This document shows positions 62,935 to 64,000 of a stretch of DNA of 64,000 nt, piece after piece; the stretch's first letter is position 1, and the number at the start of each line of letters is the position of its first letter. Origin of the DNA: Dictyostelium discoideum (taxonomy: Eukaryota); contig CM000153.2 in NCBI GenBank assembly GCA_000004695.1, positions 5,280,001-5,344,000 on the forward strand, in the 5' to 3' direction. Made by a program: the position numbers and the translations under genes. The notes under the pieces are model-generated. The model did no database searches. It had not been told where the DNA came from and saw only the letters and a program-made list of their open reading frames with translations.

Positions 62935-64000
62935 TCAAAGTATAATTAATGTTTTAAATTCAACATTTTCAAATATTCAAGGATTTAAATTTCATAATTC
63001 ATTAGTTTGGTTTAGTGATGTTTCAATTGAATCAATTAATAATGTTGAAAATTTAATTAAATTATTACAGGGTACAAATTTTCAATGTAAAAATTGTTTA
63101 TTTAAAAATCCAATACAAAGTAGTAATATTTATTTATTTTCAGTATCATCAGAATCAATAGTAAAGTTAACAAATTCAATAATTAGAAATTCATCATTAA
63201 TTGCATTAATTGATGAGAAATCAAATGTAACATTTGAAAATTGTACATTTTTAAATCTTTATTCAGCAAAAGGTGAAATTTTTAAATGTTTATCAAGTTC
63301 ATCATTAACATTTGAAAATTGTAATTTTAATCAAGTTTATTGTATAACAAATGGATTTATATTAATTTCAAATTATTCAATAATTAATATTTATTCATCA
63401 CAGCAACAACAAGGAGTGTTTAATAATGAATTTAAAAATTTTGGTATTGGTATGGAACCATTTGCAAAACTAATAAATAATAGTATTGGTACTATTAATG
63501 GTATTAATATGAGTACTACAGTATTTCAATCACAATTGTTTTTAATTGATGGTGAATCACAAATTGAGATTAATAATTCAAAATTTAAAGGATTATTTAA
63601 TTTTGGTGAAATGTTTACAGTGAATGGTAGATCAACTTTAAAATTTAAAGGTTGTTCATTTATTAGTAATAGATTTTCAATATTTATTTATTCCACTCAA
63701 TCAAATGTATTTATTAATGGTATTGAATATTTGGATAATTTGGGTACATTAATTTCAAGTGATAGAGATTATATTGAATTGAATTCAATTTTAATTGATA
63801 GTGAAAATAAATCAATTTATTTTAATTATTTATTTTATTTTTTTAAATCAAATATTGGAATTAGTAATGTAACCATTTCAAATAATTATTTTATGGGTAG
63901 TATTTTAGAATCCTATGATAGTACTATCAATTTTTTTGATTTTAATTTCATTTCAAATGAAAATTTATTAAATTTAAATGAAAAGAATAATGTTAGAGTT
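61431..64000 (+). CDS. 3'-partial gene for a large secreted N/S/I-rich repeat protein (possibly right-handed beta-helix-like). It runs off the end of the window.
   Basis: ATG at 61431 with a signal peptide (MGKNIIILFILLYIFSIIRHS). By hand translation the frame is open through 64000. Repetitive N.S/I.F.N units. Not in the supplied track, presumably because no stop codon is reached. Confidence 0.4.

Noticed and set aside
1-64000. CRISPR arrays, operons and rRNA genes
   Set aside because: None seen. The sequence is eukaryotic (spliceosomal introns, Pol III tRNA with intron). The only regular repeats are microsatellites and the transposon TIRs.

Overview
This 64-kb window is AT-rich (~75-80% A+T) eukaryotic nuclear DNA with the hallmarks of Dictyostelium discoideum. 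It has long poly-A/T tracts, (aat)n/(caa)n-encoded polyAsn/polyGln runs inside coding regions, short AT-rich introns with gtaagt/gtatgt donors and (t)nag acceptors, FNIP-repeat genes and a Tdd-type DNA transposon. I resolved about 30 protein-coding genes, most with 1-4 short introns that the six-frame track splits into separate ORFs. They include a 5'-partial large protein with a kinase-like region, LRRs and a C-terminal small-GTPase domain, and a Rad52 homolog followed by a RecA/Rad51-paralog-like P-loop protein. There is an HMG-box protein with an acidic tail and a G-protein alpha subunit carrying an N-terminal PH domain. Housekeeping genes include a PTAR1-like prenyltransferase-alpha-repeat protein, a CDK5RAP1/MiaB-like radical-SAM methylthiotransferase, a 3-exon metallophosphoesterase and a histidine phosphatase. 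There is one intron-containing tRNA-Tyr(GUA). The most interesting region is 27.7-57.8 kb, a candidate polyketide biosynthetic gene cluster. It holds two divergently oriented, partly near-identical iterative type I PKS genes (KS-AT-DH-cMT-ER-KR-ACP) flanking an arylamine N-acetyltransferase-like gene. Upstream lie a cytochrome P450, an NmrA/epimerase-like NAD(P)-binding reductase and three tandem NTF2/SnoaL-like paralogs. A 3.36-kb Tdd-4/Tdd-5-like (Ginger2/TDD) DNA transposon with 146-bp terminal inverted repeats and a 5-bp target-site duplication (ATCAC) has inserted into the first PKS gene exactly between the ACP and a C-terminal thioester-reductase-like (R) domain. Removing the element and one duplication copy restores a single in-frame PKS-R reading frame.
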